Source of the DNA: Dicyema japonicum
Taxonomy: Eukaryota; Animalia; Dicyemida
Direction: 5' to 3'
Assembly: GCA_011109175.1 (NCBI GenBank)
Contig: RDEW01000008.1
Location: 691,954 to 755,953 of the forward strand
DNA: 64,000 nucleotides
Every line of letters begins with the position of its first letter. Positions within the stretch are counted from its first letter, which is position 1. Below the pieces are notes generated by a model. The model saw nothing but the letters and a program-made list of their open reading frames with translations. It was not told the DNA's origin and did no database searches. Made by a program: the position numbers and the translations under genes. Shown piece after piece: positions 50,300 to 61,960 of this stretch.

Positions 50300-50480
50300 T
50301 AAATTATTATTAATAGCACTTTCGAAGAACCAAAAATGTAATTTATTTAATTAAGGTTCCGCTTGTGCGTATTTTTCTTCAGGTTATTTTTTCCACAATT
50401 CTCTTGACCAACTTTTTCCATGCTCCGCGGTTACAGGCAGTTATTCCGAGCGTATCCAGAAAATCTCCAGTTTTCAGCTT
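50300..50480 (-). mobile_element. Older RTE 3' end (target of the young RTE; continues at 52503-52525)
   Basis: RKLKT|GDFLDTLGITACNRGAWKKLVKRI; 3' UTR matches 9130-9210. Confidence 0.8.
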
Positions 50481-52502
50481 ATTATTATTACAGCACTTAT
50501 CGCCTTGCCATAATAGTTATAGCAAAGCATGTGCAATACAAGAAACAATGTTATTAGTTAGCCTCTTCCATCCTCCACGGTTACACGCAGTCGATCTCAG
50601 CATGTCCAGATCGTCTCCCGTCTTTAGGCATTTCTTCATCCTTTGGAGGTCTTTGTGCAGCATGATAGGTAGGGTCATCCTTGGTCTGCCACGGAAGCAT
50701 TTGCCCTCGAACATGAAATGGTCCTCCATCGCCACATTAGCCGGGGCAGCAAGATCCATGCGTAGTACGTGACCAAACAGTCTCCACCGGGCGTCAGTGA
50801 TTTCCAGGCTTAGAGGCCTACTCTTGCATTTTTTGTAAATACCGGTATTCGAGATTCTGGCTGGCCACTGCATGCCAAATAATACTCTAAGCTGTTTTCT
50901 GTGGAACCCATCGAGAGCCATTGATTCCGCACCTGTACAGGCCCAAGTACCAGCATTGTATGTCAGTATCGGTTTCACAAATGCATTGTACATGCGTATC
51001 CGCAGATTGACATCTAGTCCTTTCAGCCATCCCTTTTTGAGTTTTCGCATTGCTACTCCTGCAAGTGTTTTCCTTTTGATGATGTCTTCTGTGTCCCCCA
51101 GTAGGGATCCAAGCTTATTAACATGTCGCCAACGTTCATTAAGGATGTTGTCCATTCTTTTGATTTCCGTGATTTCCGTTTTGGCCCGGTTAACGATGAG
51201 GAACCATTCCCCCAGTTTGTCCGGTGCATTTTCCAGCAGATGTGTGAGAGCTTCTGTATCCTCGGATATAAAATCCACATCATCCGCGTATACGACTTCG
51301 TTTATTTTTCCTTCATAGCAAGTTCTTAGATCCTTTAGTGCAGCTTCGAGATATATCACAAATAGTAAGGGGGAGAGGGAGTCTCCCTGAGGAGTGCCGA
51401 TTGTAGTTTTGAATGGTCGGGATAGAGTTCTCCCAATTCGGACTGACAGTTCAGTACTTGAGAGAAGTACTCTGATTATCCGTAGCAATGATTGGTCCAC
51501 AAATTGATGAAGGACAACCATTAGCTTGTGTCGGCTAATGGTGTCGAAAGCTCTTGACATATCGATCCCCAGGATGGTCGTGGCATTTTTGTATCTTTGA
51601 GCCGTTGCACACCGCCACCTGTGGCTCCACAGAATGTCCGCTGTCGACCTTCCTTCACGAAATCCACTATGGCATGCTGATAGGTAATTTCCTGCAGGAT
51701 GTTTTAAGCGGTCCAAAGCAACAGATGCAAGAACTTTTCGTAATGTGTTTAACAATATGACTGGGCGTAGGCTTTCTAGTGGTCCCTTTGGTTTGTTAGG
51801 CTTTTGTATAGGTATCAATGTCCCTTTCCCCAGTGGTAGGACAGAGTTGGATGTAAACATTCCATTTAACAATGTCGCAATGGTTTCGAATAGACGCATA
51901 GGTCCATATTTCAGCAGTTCGGGAGGGATGTTGTCTGGTCCAGCGCTCCTGTGATTCTTTAGCTTACTGCACGCACTCTGAACTTCCTTAGATGTGATAA
52001 TTGTTTCCAGCATCCGCGGTTCTCCGATGAAAGGGGCCAGTTCTTGGCCGTTCGCATTGAACAGTTTTTCAAAATGGGCAGCAATCAATTCGATCTGTTC
52101 GTCTGGTTTTAAGATAAGTTTCCCCTTCCCATCCATAACATGTACTGTCGCTTTTTTCTTTCCTCGCATTAGTCGGACTGCAGCGAACATTTGTGCATTG
52201 TCCTTTAGTTGCTCCAGCTCTCTAAGATGTGATAGGAAGACATCCTTCGAGTGTTCATTATTAAGCTTCATGATTCTTCTCTTGATAATATTTCGTTCAG
52301 TTCGTAGTTTGTTTTTGATATGTATATCCGTCGTGTTTAGACTCTGTATCCATATTTCTCGTTGTTGTTTTGCCAGTAATAAGGAGTCTGGATGGCCAAG
52401 TGACATATTTCCGGTTGTCTGCCGTCTCACTCCAAGGTGGGTGTTTGCGGCAAGGCAAATAATGCTTTTGGTCTGATCCCATAGGTCTTGTATAGTCATA
52501 TT
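50481..52502 (-). mobile_element. Young 5'-truncated RTE LINE with 13-bp TSD and (TAA)n tail
   Basis: Identical cagttttcagctt at 50468-50480 and 52503-52515; uninterrupted 660-aa ORF. Confidence 0.92.
50517..52499 (-). CDS. RTE reverse transcriptase ORF (lacks APE domain)
   Basis: SAGPDNIPPELLK, LRPVILL, DMSRAFDTI, GTPQGDSLSPLLF, YADD; 660 aa open. Confidence 0.9.
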   Translation of the reverse strand: MTIQDLWDQTKSIICLAANTHLGVRRQTTGNMSLGHPDSLLLAKQQREIWIQSLNTTDIHIKNKLRTERNIIKRRIMKLNNEHSKDVFLSHLRELEQLKDNAQMFAAVRLMRGKKKATVHVMDGKGKLILKPDEQIELIAAHFEKLFNANGQELAPFIGEPRMLETIITSKEVQSACSKLKNHRSAGPDNIPPELLKYGPMRLFETIATLLNGMFTSNSVLPLGKGTLIPIQKPNKPKGPLESLRPVILLNTLRKVLASVALDRLKHPAGNYLSACHSGFREGRSTADILWSHRWRCATAQRYKNATTILGIDMSRAFDTISRHKLMVVLHQFVDQSLLRIIRVLLSSTELSVRIGRTLSRPFKTTIGTPQGDSLSPLLFVIYLEAALKDLRTCYEGKINEVVYADDVDFISEDTEALTHLLENAPDKLGEWFLIVNRAKTEITEIKRMDNILNERWRHVNKLGSLLGDTEDIIKRKTLAGVAMRKLKKGWLKGLDVNLRIRMYNAFVKPILTYNAGTWACTGAESMALDGFHRKQLRVLFGMQWPARISNTGIYKKCKSRPLSLEITDARWRLFGHVLRMDLAAPANVAMEDHFMFEGKCFRGRPRMTLPIMLHKDLQRMKKCLKTGDDLDMLRSTACNRGGWKRLTNNIVSCIAHALL

Positions 52503-52523
52503 CAGTTTTCAGCTTTCGTCCTA

Positions 52524-53875
52524 TCTAAATAAATTAATGAATTTTTTTTGAATATTAGATCTAAAAATAAAAAAATGAACAATGCCGAATTTGTAAATAT
52601 TATTATAAATTTTTTAAATAAAACTTTGAATTTTTTACCGGCTTGTGGGGATGAGTGATATAGCTGTTATGCGAAAATATTCTAAACTGAAGGACTACGA
52701 ACTACCACATTCTGAAATGGAGTCAATTGCCTTCTTTCAGGAGGTTTGAATCATCCTGAAAGAAAAGAAATGCCTTAAAAGACATTTGATGATTCTTCTC
52801 CATCAGCGGGAGAATACAACATGGATGTGCGATAAAAGCTGTTGTCGAACTTATAGTTCTGTCAGAAACGTTATAATAAGATAGTATTTTATTTTTAGGT
52901 ACGTGGCTTGAAGGCATGACAGTTTCGTTACAAACCTGTATTGGTTTCATGTATATGTGGAGCTTCGACAGACAAACAATTCGTTTATAAATCTGCAGAC
53001 GAAATTTTATAGACCCAAGAACAGGTGCACATACACAGACTGTTGAGAGGTTCACATATAAATTAAATACGAAAATTTAGAATGTGGGGAAGCGCAAAAT
53101 GCTGCAATAAAAGACAGAGGTACCGCGCGTCACTTCATGGGCTCATATTTTGCAGGTATAAAATACTCCGAGTTATTTTGTAAAATTTTTGTGGAGAAGG
53201 CTAGTGAGCCATTTGGAAAATTCCTTCGATGAATTAACAGATGCGATCGTTAAATATTGTCCACCGTACATCACACTGCGTAGAAACAAGTGACTTATTT
53301 TTGTAATAATGATTTTTTTCGCTAAGGGAATGATTATAAGAATCTATATGAAGCCCATAACGGTTTCTTCTTAGGTAGGTCGGTAATAGCTCAGTTTTGA
53401 CTTTGTTGGTATCCTTTTATTTATTTATTAACCCCGGATACACCGAGAAAGAAGTTAAAGTAAACAACTAATTAAGTGTATCCAGTTTACACTTCTACAG
53501 AAACAGAGACCATCCGGAATCAGCATAAATGGTAAGACGTCCATTACATGCAGTTGTGGAAACCTCTCCAATGGAGTGGGGGAGAGCAAATGATCCTTTT
53601 TCGTGCCGACCTGGCACTGGCGTCACCTAGACAGGTGGATCACATGACGCCACTCTATTAGGAAGAGAGGAGGAACAGACAAGCAAGCAGAAAAATTAAA
53701 CCAATTAACCACGCAGCTCCACATGGCGCCACGCGGCAAATACGCGGCCCAAGTCGTAAAGATTTAGCAATTTATTTAAAAAAATTATAATAATATTTAC
53801 AAATTCGGCATTGTTCAATTTTTTTTAATTTTTTCATTAATTCATTAAAAAAATTTAATTAATTCATTTAGAGCC
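52524..53875 (+). mobile_element. Merlin/IS1595 (ISXO2-like) transposon, internally deleted, with ~95-bp TIRs
   Basis: RNFIDPRTGAHTQTVE..MWGSAK, GTWLEG, N-terminal C..H..W.C; tgaacaatgccgaatttgtaaatattattata at ~52576 is inverted at ~53787-53818; right end reads GG inward. Confidence 0.78.
53570..53760 (-). repeat. Structured SINE-like repeat nested in Merlin
   Basis: Body homologous to 4430-4490; D-arm-like gctgcgtggttaa; several hairpins. Confidence 0.45.
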
Positions 53876-54844
53876 TTATTTTGTGAAGCATGCATTGCAA
53901 AACTACCGCACATTCCCCTTCTCTTGCTGTCAAAATGGCTACCGGCTTAACCTGGAATTCCTACTCAACTTCAACAACATCCGACCTCAGGGATTTGAAT
54001 AGCATCCAACGAATGTCCACTATACATACAGAACGAAAGAAAATCAGGTGGTGTTGGTTGAAGTTTTTCGAAAATGAAAAGCAATTCCTATTTGTCACAA
54101 GATATTTCAAAAAGTTCGTCAAACCCTTCCATGATGCCTCTGGGTTGTGAAAAAAACTTTTTGAAAAAAGATCAGGAAGTGTTGATTAGAATCTCGAAGA
54201 TATGCAAAACACATACCTGTTTCAATCTTCATTAAATAAAATTTACTGGTGGTTTGATCGGATAGTCTAATCCTTCACCTCTAACCTTCTCATTTCCCAT
54301 ATTTAGTTAGTAAAGCTCCTTCGCGTAGCCCTAAAACGGTTTCGCTTGAGCCATGCTTACAGTCATCCTCTTCGCCATCTTGTTTCTGGCCCTCATTCGA
54401 ACATCATCCAGGTCATCTGCTGTCACCAATCATTGCCCGTATCTAACAATATATTAGAAAAAATAAGTATGATTCAGATTATCTATGTAATCGTCGTTAA
54501 ATCCATATGTGTAGTCAACCATTCATGCGGTTTTGCATGAGTGGTGAAGAGATGATTTATGGATAACAAATTTGTTAAATCTGAATAATAAAATATTTTC
54601 AGTTTATAAACAATAATAATAACAAAACACTAAATATTATGTTTTAATAAGAAGTTTGAGTTCAGAATGGATAATATTTTTATTATTTCAACCATAAAAT
54701 ATTATTAATAAAATAAATGGCACGCAATGGGAGTCACCTATCAAGCCCAATGTTACGGCAAAAGCCATCACGTCATTCGCCCTTTTTCTTCCCAGCAAGC
54801 CGTCCGATTAACCTGATAAAATCTGACGTGCTCGTGCAAATAAA

Positions 54845-55862
54845 TCTATACCATTTCAGGTTTAAAGTGGGTCTTACCAAAAGCAAAGTGGGTCTTACCA
54901 AAATCAAAGTGGGTCTACCAAAAGCAAAGTGGTACTTACCAAAAGCAAAGTGGAACTTACCAAAAGCAAAGTGGAACTTACCAAAGCAAAGTGGTACTTA
55001 CCATAAGCAAAGTGGTACTTGTAGGATATAGACGCGTAATATTTTATCAGTGTGTCTGGTTTTATGTAAAGTCGACTTTTCTCTCTGGGGTGGATCTTTT
55101 GGTGTTTTAGATCCACATCCATACTCTCTGCATTGGGGGGTTTTTGTAGAGAGCCTTCGATAGTCTCGTATATCTATTTGCATTTTCTGTCTTTATGTTG
55201 TTGTCGATCTCTGTGTTCTGCTCTCGTATTTTCCTGATGTTCTTTTCTGTTGGCGATTTTACCATCTTTAGATTATTCCGTTCTCTGATCAGATGTTTCG
55301 TCGTTGTGTTGAAACGTTTTGATGACGTAGGTTGTCTCCCCATAGGAATGTACTTCTTTTTCGCAGCGTTTATAATGGAGTTGAACTAATTTCACTCATT
55401 TCACTAATTGTTCGACGGAGGGAAAAGTGAGGAAATTTAATAGTCCATTACAATTATCGACGTATTCTTTGAATCCTCTCCAATTCACAAGGCTGAGTTT
55501 GTTATCGTTGGGTATTGTCCTTTATCCGTGACCTCGTTTTGAACTCCAAAAATATTGGATTGTGGTCACTCCTGGGGTCATACTTCACTGACCAGTCAAT
55601 AAGAGGGGCCACTGATAAAATATTACGCGTCTATATCCTACAAGTACTACTTTGCTTTTGGTAAGTACCACTTTGCTTTTGGTAAGTTCCACTTTGCTTT
55701 TTGGTAAGTTCCACTTTGCTTTTGGTAAGTTCCACTTTGCTTTTGGTAAGTACCACTTTGCTTTTGGTAAGACCCACTTTGCTTTTGGTAAGACCCACTT
55801 TGCTTTTGGTAAGACCCACTTTGCTTTTGGTAAGACCCACTTTAAACCTGAAATGGTATAGA
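54845..55862. repeat. Inverted pair of 21-bp minisatellite cassettes (foldback-like)
   Basis: Arm 1 54845-55052 (+, ~7.5 units), arm 2 55610-55862 (-, ~9.5 units); unit aaagtgg(gt/ta/aa)cttaccaaaagc; shared unique flanks. Confidence 0.9.
55060..55600 (-). mobile_element. ingi-like LINE APE-RT linker fragment between the inverted arms
   Basis: AAKKKYIPMGR..TTTKHLIRERN resembles QARKKFIPIGR..TETRVLIA at ~34915-34997. Confidence 0.6.
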
Positions 55863-57431
55863 CATCTCGACGGAGATCGGCTGGAAAACGACCCTGCCGT
55901 GGTCGCTGTGGAACCCACGTGCAATGATGACTTAAGCAAATTCCCATTAGAGAAAGTGTTAGTGCATTAAGAATCCCAAGCAAGATACCTCCCTTGGCTC
56001 CATGGTATGGTTTTCACCAACGAATTCCAGATGGCAAGTAGTCCTTGATTATCAGAATTTTATTTTTATTGTGGTAACCCTAAATTTCTAGCGTAATTTC
56101 CAGCGTGATTCATTATTTTTTGTAATGACTTTTTACAAAGGTTATTTGAAAGCAAGAAAAATATTAAAAATTCAAAGAATTGTTCGACTCCGATTGGGAA
56201 AATATGGACTGTAGGAATGGCAGAACTTAAAAAATAGCTAATAAAATTATTATTTGAACTTTTTGGATAGGCGAGATACAAGTAGCGGTGGGTCACGTGA
56301 CATAACATTCAAATCATTTATTCAAACGAAATTAGTTGCAACTATAAATGACTCAGCACACATTCCTCTTCATTTTATGAAAATTTTAAAGACTTACAAC
56401 AAAAGAATCAAAGATACCGGAGATAGCTAAAAATCCTTAACTCTTACTATTTTATTTGAATCTTTGAGGATACCAGGGGTTCTAAGTGAATTCATCGCCA
56501 TTTGGTCAAAGTAAAGAAAACTTATTATCTCAGACAACTTATCAGAACATTGATGAACTATGTCGTTTCTGTCAGCAATTCCTGTTTATCAAGCTTGGAA
56601 GAATACAAATTTATGTCTTAGGAACAATCACTGACTGTCTATAACTATTACAAATTACCACATACGCTGGGAATCAACAATTCTCCCAATCAGGGATGCT
56701 TGACGATTCTCGGTCTACAATTCTTTGACAAATGTAAAACTTTGGACCACACGACTCACTGCCTTTGATTTTCAACAAATAAGAGGAGAATCATACCATC
56801 GGTGACACAGCTTGCACTCTTCGAAGCATTCCGGTGACTGAACCTTCTCAGTCTGGCCATGAACGCAAACTACACTGTTCTCTATTGAGGACAGAGTCTT
56901 CGTGAGGTAAGGCACAGTTTCACAAAACTTTCGTGCAGTCTGAAATAAAGAGAGGCAATCAAAACGTCTTCCTATTTATTCGTGGAATACCAAAATATAA
57001 GAGTTAATGGTAATGATTTTTTCTTATAAAATTAGAAAACTGATCCTCTCAAATCCAATAATTTGGAAAATATAATATACTTAACCAGTCCCGATTGCAA
57101 GAGGGAATGATGCATGATTGTTTCAATGTAGGTTAATTAACATCAAATTAAATATGACACATAAATACTATTTAATATGCAAATTGGTAAAGCAAGACAA
57201 ATTTGCTATAGTTTGACAGATGAATCGAGTAATTCCCTAGAGTGATATAGTGGGATAACAAAATAAGTCTTTTTCTTAGGAAAATTACTTATTTCCAGTT
57301 GAAACATGACCACTTAAATCTTTGGCGGTGAGTTCTCTTTCATTACCTCAAAACAAATTTTGTCAAAACAATCGGGAGATAAATTTGACTTAAGGCAAGA
57401 TAGGTCAAAAAATATAATAAAGTCATAAAAA

Positions 57432-58908
57432 TTAACTAAAGTCTCTCCCAGGAAAAATGATTGGAGCAATCAATGACCAAATATAGAGAAGGACACAAAT
57501 CCAGCAGGCGGATATTTTAACCCAAAGAAAGATATTACTAGGTTGTAATTGTTTAGTCGTTTCGTTAGGTCTATTATTACATGATGACTTACATGTACCA
57601 CTTGGTTAGGACTAACATTGAGTACATCACCGATGACATCATAAAAACATGAAACCAGCTGTAATTGTATGTTACCTCACTTTCTTCACTCTCAAGGATC
57701 TTTTCTCCGTTGATTCCTGTTAGTTTTGATACTTTCTTGTTGGATGATGACTTTATTCTACAATATCGAGATATACAAACGTGTCATATATCAATGAGAC
57801 AGTGAGAATGGAGAATGAAATCAAATCCGACAAAACAAAGCCTTCCGTATGAAAATTGGAGACATTATTATCACTGTTTATTCCAATCGATTTCAATAGT
57901 GAGGGGTTACACTCGATATCCGACGAACTTTTTAGAGCAACCCACGTGAGATAGGCAGTATATATTGACATCACTGATGCCTGAAATATCCCCGAAGTAG
58001 GAGTAGCTGGAAATATCATAATTAGGGACCTTTTTGTACTATGGGTACACAGATACCATCGACATGATTACACAGTTAATAAGTGAACTGGAAATAATTA
58101 GTTTTTGTTTTAAGCAGAGCTGATTCCCTTTCTAAGGATCAAATAGGGGACAACCTCTCTGCCTGTATAGAAGAGGAATAAATAAATGAAACAGGTAATA
58201 GAGAGTCCGTAGAATATACCAGTGACCGCCATGAAAGCTATATACCATCCTTTGTGGGTAGAAGCCTCATGCTTATTGTGCCAGGATTCACACCACCCAT
58301 GAGCAAAGTCAACGAGGAATATTCTCTGAACTATAATAAACAAAAATGCCCCAGACATACAGATGATAACCCAAACTACGAAAATACACAAATTGAGTAC
58401 CTCTTTCAAACTGGCCATATGGGATGTAGAATGCTCCCACGATTATTCCCACAATTACGACAGCTTTAATGAACCATAGGCCATTGTGGAATTTCCCTCT
58501 AACACATTGAGAGTTTTTAACCCCCACAGTTATGAGAGACATTAAGAAGAAAAATCCAGCAAATCCAAAACTTATTCGGTAGATATACAAGGGAGTGCTC
58601 AAATTACGGCATATCTCTTGAGAAAGAAGTTGGTTTATAACAGGGTAGCTCTTACAAATAAAGGGGATCTGTCGTATAAAATATGTTATACATCTTCAAT
58701 CAAAGTTTTAAAGGCCGGAATTAATGAGACTGACGACAAGACAACGTTAATTACCAGAAATAGACCGTACACTATTCGAGTAATAACTGAACTTAAAGTG
58801 GAGGGACAACAGCTACAGCACAGAATAGAACATAATGAGGGACCACAACAGCATGCAATCTATTACTTGATTATATATTACTGATGATAGGGCTGCTAAA
58901 GTAATCAT
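57432..58908 (-). CDS. SERINC: Serine incorporator (SERINC/TMS1)
   Basis: IACCCGPSLCSILCCSCCP, YRISF, RGKFHNGLWFIK, LVDFAHGW, SGIFQASVMSIYTAYLTWVAL, YNYSWFH, WVKISACW..LYIWSLIAPIIFPGRDFS*; tiny introns; one homopolymer deletion near 57645. Confidence 0.95.
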
Positions 58909-59029
58909 TGAATTGGAATTTATTTTATTTGTCCTATTTTTATTTTTAAATTAGTTATTAATATTAAATAAACTATAAATAAATTTACTTTTTAAGAGAT
59001 TTTATTATTTCAAGAATTTTGGAAATTTT

Positions 59030-59450
59030 ATGATCGACTTTTGTAATACCTACGATTTGTTTCTGTGCAACACGACCTTTCAGCACGCCGCCCGACACAA
59101 GACCACCTAGGTAGGTTGTAGAACAAACAAAAATGGAGAGGAACAAAAAATATTCAATCAAATAGATTATATTTTGTGCAAGCAGTCGCAAAAGAGATTA
59201 TTAGTGGACTCCCGTTCGTATGGAGGAGCATTGACAAATAGTGATCACAAAATCGTAGTCTGTCGGTTGAATCTTAGCAGGCTTTATGGAATATTATATG
59301 CGAATCATTCACGTCCCAGAAAAACACAGATGATAGCGGGAGAAGAATTAGTAAATAATCCTGCACTCCTCACGAGATATCAGCAGCGAATGGACCAGTA
59401 TCTATCCAATATTTTTATTGATGGCCTACCCCATCACAATTAAGAAGAAT
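59030..59450 (+). mobile_element. RTE APE C-terminal fragment
   Basis: NTTFQHAARHKTT, NQIDYIL, DSRSYGGALTNSDHK. Confidence 0.85.
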
Positions 59451-59508
59451 GTCATATCTGCCCTTAGCGGCAAAGCTTGCATTCACTGATGCCATCAAAA
59501 ACTTAATA

Positions 59509-61144
59509 CAGTCCGACCCCGAATTGGAGCACCAAGTGCCCCAAAAACAGGGGTTTAATAAAACAGAGATTTTAAACATCAAAAATCAATTTTAGAAAAA
59601 TAATCAGTTAATTTATCCCCAGTTATCTTTTTTACTTCTAACATTTTTCTTAAAATTAAGTCAAAAATCGTAAAATTCTTTGAGCATTTCAGGAGATATG
59701 TAAAAAATTTTCTTCTCTAACTGATCAAGAGAATCTTGCGTTTCTCTTAGAATTGTTTCCATGTTATCGTTTTCTAAACCTTCGTTGTAAATATTATCAA
59801 CGAATTCGTCACTTTCCCCATTCAATGTTTCGTTTACGGCATTGTTGATCATTTCTTCTGTAATGGTATCTTCAATTTTTACGGAATCACGAATCTTTTC
59901 AATTTGATTCCAGCAATTAAATATTAAACTTGGATCAAGTTTTTTCCCAGCTTTTAGAAATTAGCAGAATTACATGACGAAGGTTTATTTTGTTTATCAA
60001 CCGTTTGAATTCATCATCATCCTCCTCAAAACACAAATACTGAATCAGATAATTTGAGTAATAATCTTTTAAGGTCTTGATAATTCCCATATCCAATGGT
60101 TGCAAATACGGTGTTGTATTTTTTGGCAAAAATAAAAACTCAATATTTGAGCATTCAATAGTTTTATGACATCCCGCATTATCAAGCAATATTAATACTT
60201 TTCTGTTGATTGTATAAAATCTTTCATTTATCCGAGTCAACCAGCTCATAAAAATATATCCATGCATTTTTAGAGGATGAATATGAAATTCCAAAATCTT
60301 TCACATTGAAATTTTTGAGACATCGAGGGTTTTTAAATTTTCCAGCAATAAATGGCTCAAGTTTTTCCCACATGGAATTGCAACAAAAAAGCACAGTGAC
60401 TCTTTCTTTTCCCTGTTTAAAGCCAAAAGTATCGTCATTTATTCCGACAAAAGACATTCGTGGAGTCCTTTTTATATAAAGAGCAGTTTCATCACAATTA
60501 AAAACATTTTGTCTTCCATATTGAATAATTTTCTCGTCAAGAATTTAAAAAAACTCATTGATGTAAGTCAATTCACATGAATTTTTTTCTCCACAAATTG
60601 ATTTGAATTTAAGTTCATGTCGTTTTTTAAATCTGTCAAGCCAGTCGTTTGAAGCTTTGAAAGTATCAAATCCAATTTTTGAAGCCGTATATAAGGCAAT
60701 TTTCTTTATGAAAGGACCTGATATTGATCATCGAATTTAGATTTCTCACAATAAGGCATAAGATCCTCATCCTTGTTCAAGAAAAGGTACAATTGTTTTT
60801 TTTATTCGCGAAATCATGCCTTTACTAGTTTGTATTTTTTATTATCTGTCTTTCAGATAATTTCTTCTTCAATATCAATTTAGCAATCGTTAATTTTGTT
60901 TCGTAGTTAATAACCATTCACAACAAAAAATGTAAATAAACGTGTAAATTAAAATTATATATTTATTAATAAAATATAATTTTATTTACTTATAATTTCA
61001 TTCCCCACAATTTTATAGTGCCCCAAAATTTCCATATTTTTTATCGATTTTCCATTTTACTCTGCCAAAATGTTGGCTAAAAAAATGCCCCAAAATGCGG
61101 GGGTGCCCCACCCCTGGGGTCTGCCCCAATTCAAGGTCGGACTG
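59509..61144 (-). mobile_element. Complete-ended pogo/Tigger element (1636 bp), transposase disrupted
   Basis: TIRs cagtccgaccccgaattggagca / cagtccgaccttgaattggggca with TA flanks; FKASNDWLDRFK, FNCDETALY, KERVTVLFC, LDNAGCH, QPLDMGII. Confidence 0.92.
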
Positions 61145-61149
61145 TATCA

Positions 61150-61960
61150 ACAAGCTTTGAACGTCTGCAGCCGAATATTGATGAAATTGAAGCTCACTAA
61201 TCCTGCTAGATTGTATCTGGTCGTTTATCGAAAAATAAAAATGGAAGACCAAGAAATGAGAATGCAGTAATGAGTCTGTGTTGAAAAGGAATGTCATTTC
61301 TCATTACCTCGAAAGACTGTTTAACGTCTAAGTGATTAAAGATTACTCCATCAGTATAGAAAAATGATCTTCTCAATATCACAGCTTTCTTCCAATAGTT
61401 GATTTATCAATGATGTATGTTGGAGCTTTAGTGCAAGATTTACAAACATATATATACATCAAACAGCTAACTAAAAACTTAAAGGTACCAATTTCACGAT
61501 GGATGAGGAGAAAACCACTATTAATAAATGAATACCTAGCAGAGCGATGTCAACGTTAGCGTTGAAAGATGGAGTAGTTGCAATAAATACTAAAGAAATA
61601 GTAAAGCTGCCTTTGCTTGGACTTATAACCATATATAAAATTCAAGATCACATTTTGTGATTTATCAAGCAATACGCAACCTACGGAACCATTTAATGAC
61701 TATCAGGATTTGGAAAACTGACGTTTGTGGCAAACCTATTTGGTTCACCAGATTTATGTAAAGTTAGTTGTTAACCGTATTGTCTACTCAGGAGTCCAAG
61801 TGACATCATCATGCTATGGGAGGCTATGACCGACATACTTTGGTTCATCAAACAAGAAAGAGATCTCTAACATATCAATGACCAGAGGCTTCCGCTAACT
61901 TTTTGGAGAAACATAAACTTATTTTTTTACAAATGATAGAGTTACAATAAAACGTAATCA
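61150..61960 (+). mobile_element. Highly decayed R4/NeSL-like LINE region
   Basis: NPARLYL motif and weak similarity to the 33570 family. Confidence 0.3.

Noticed and set aside
50365-52476. Plus-strand ORFs of 135-160 aa overlapping the RTE
   Set aside because: They are antisense shadows of the intact RT ORF with no independent coding signal.
54863-55845. CRISPR array, or repeat proteins from the PKAKWYL/KSKVGLT ORFs
   Set aside because: The 21-bp units abut with no unique spacers and there are no cas genes. The peptide repeats are a by-product of a 7-codon unit.
18317-57646. Frameshifts in SGPL1, LYPLA, R3HDM4-like, CTNNBL1 and SERINC read as pseudogenes or programmed frameshifting
   Set aside because: All are 1-nt indels inside homopolymer runs in otherwise intact genes, typical of long-read consensus error. 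No shared slippery motif.
9560-58908. UAG reassignment (suggested by in-frame TAGs at 9.6-10 kb and by none of 12 host genes ending in TAG)
   Set aside because: No in-frame TAG in any confidently annotated conserved gene; Gln is CAA/CAG. Zero TAG stops among 12 genes is unremarkable in AT-rich DNA.
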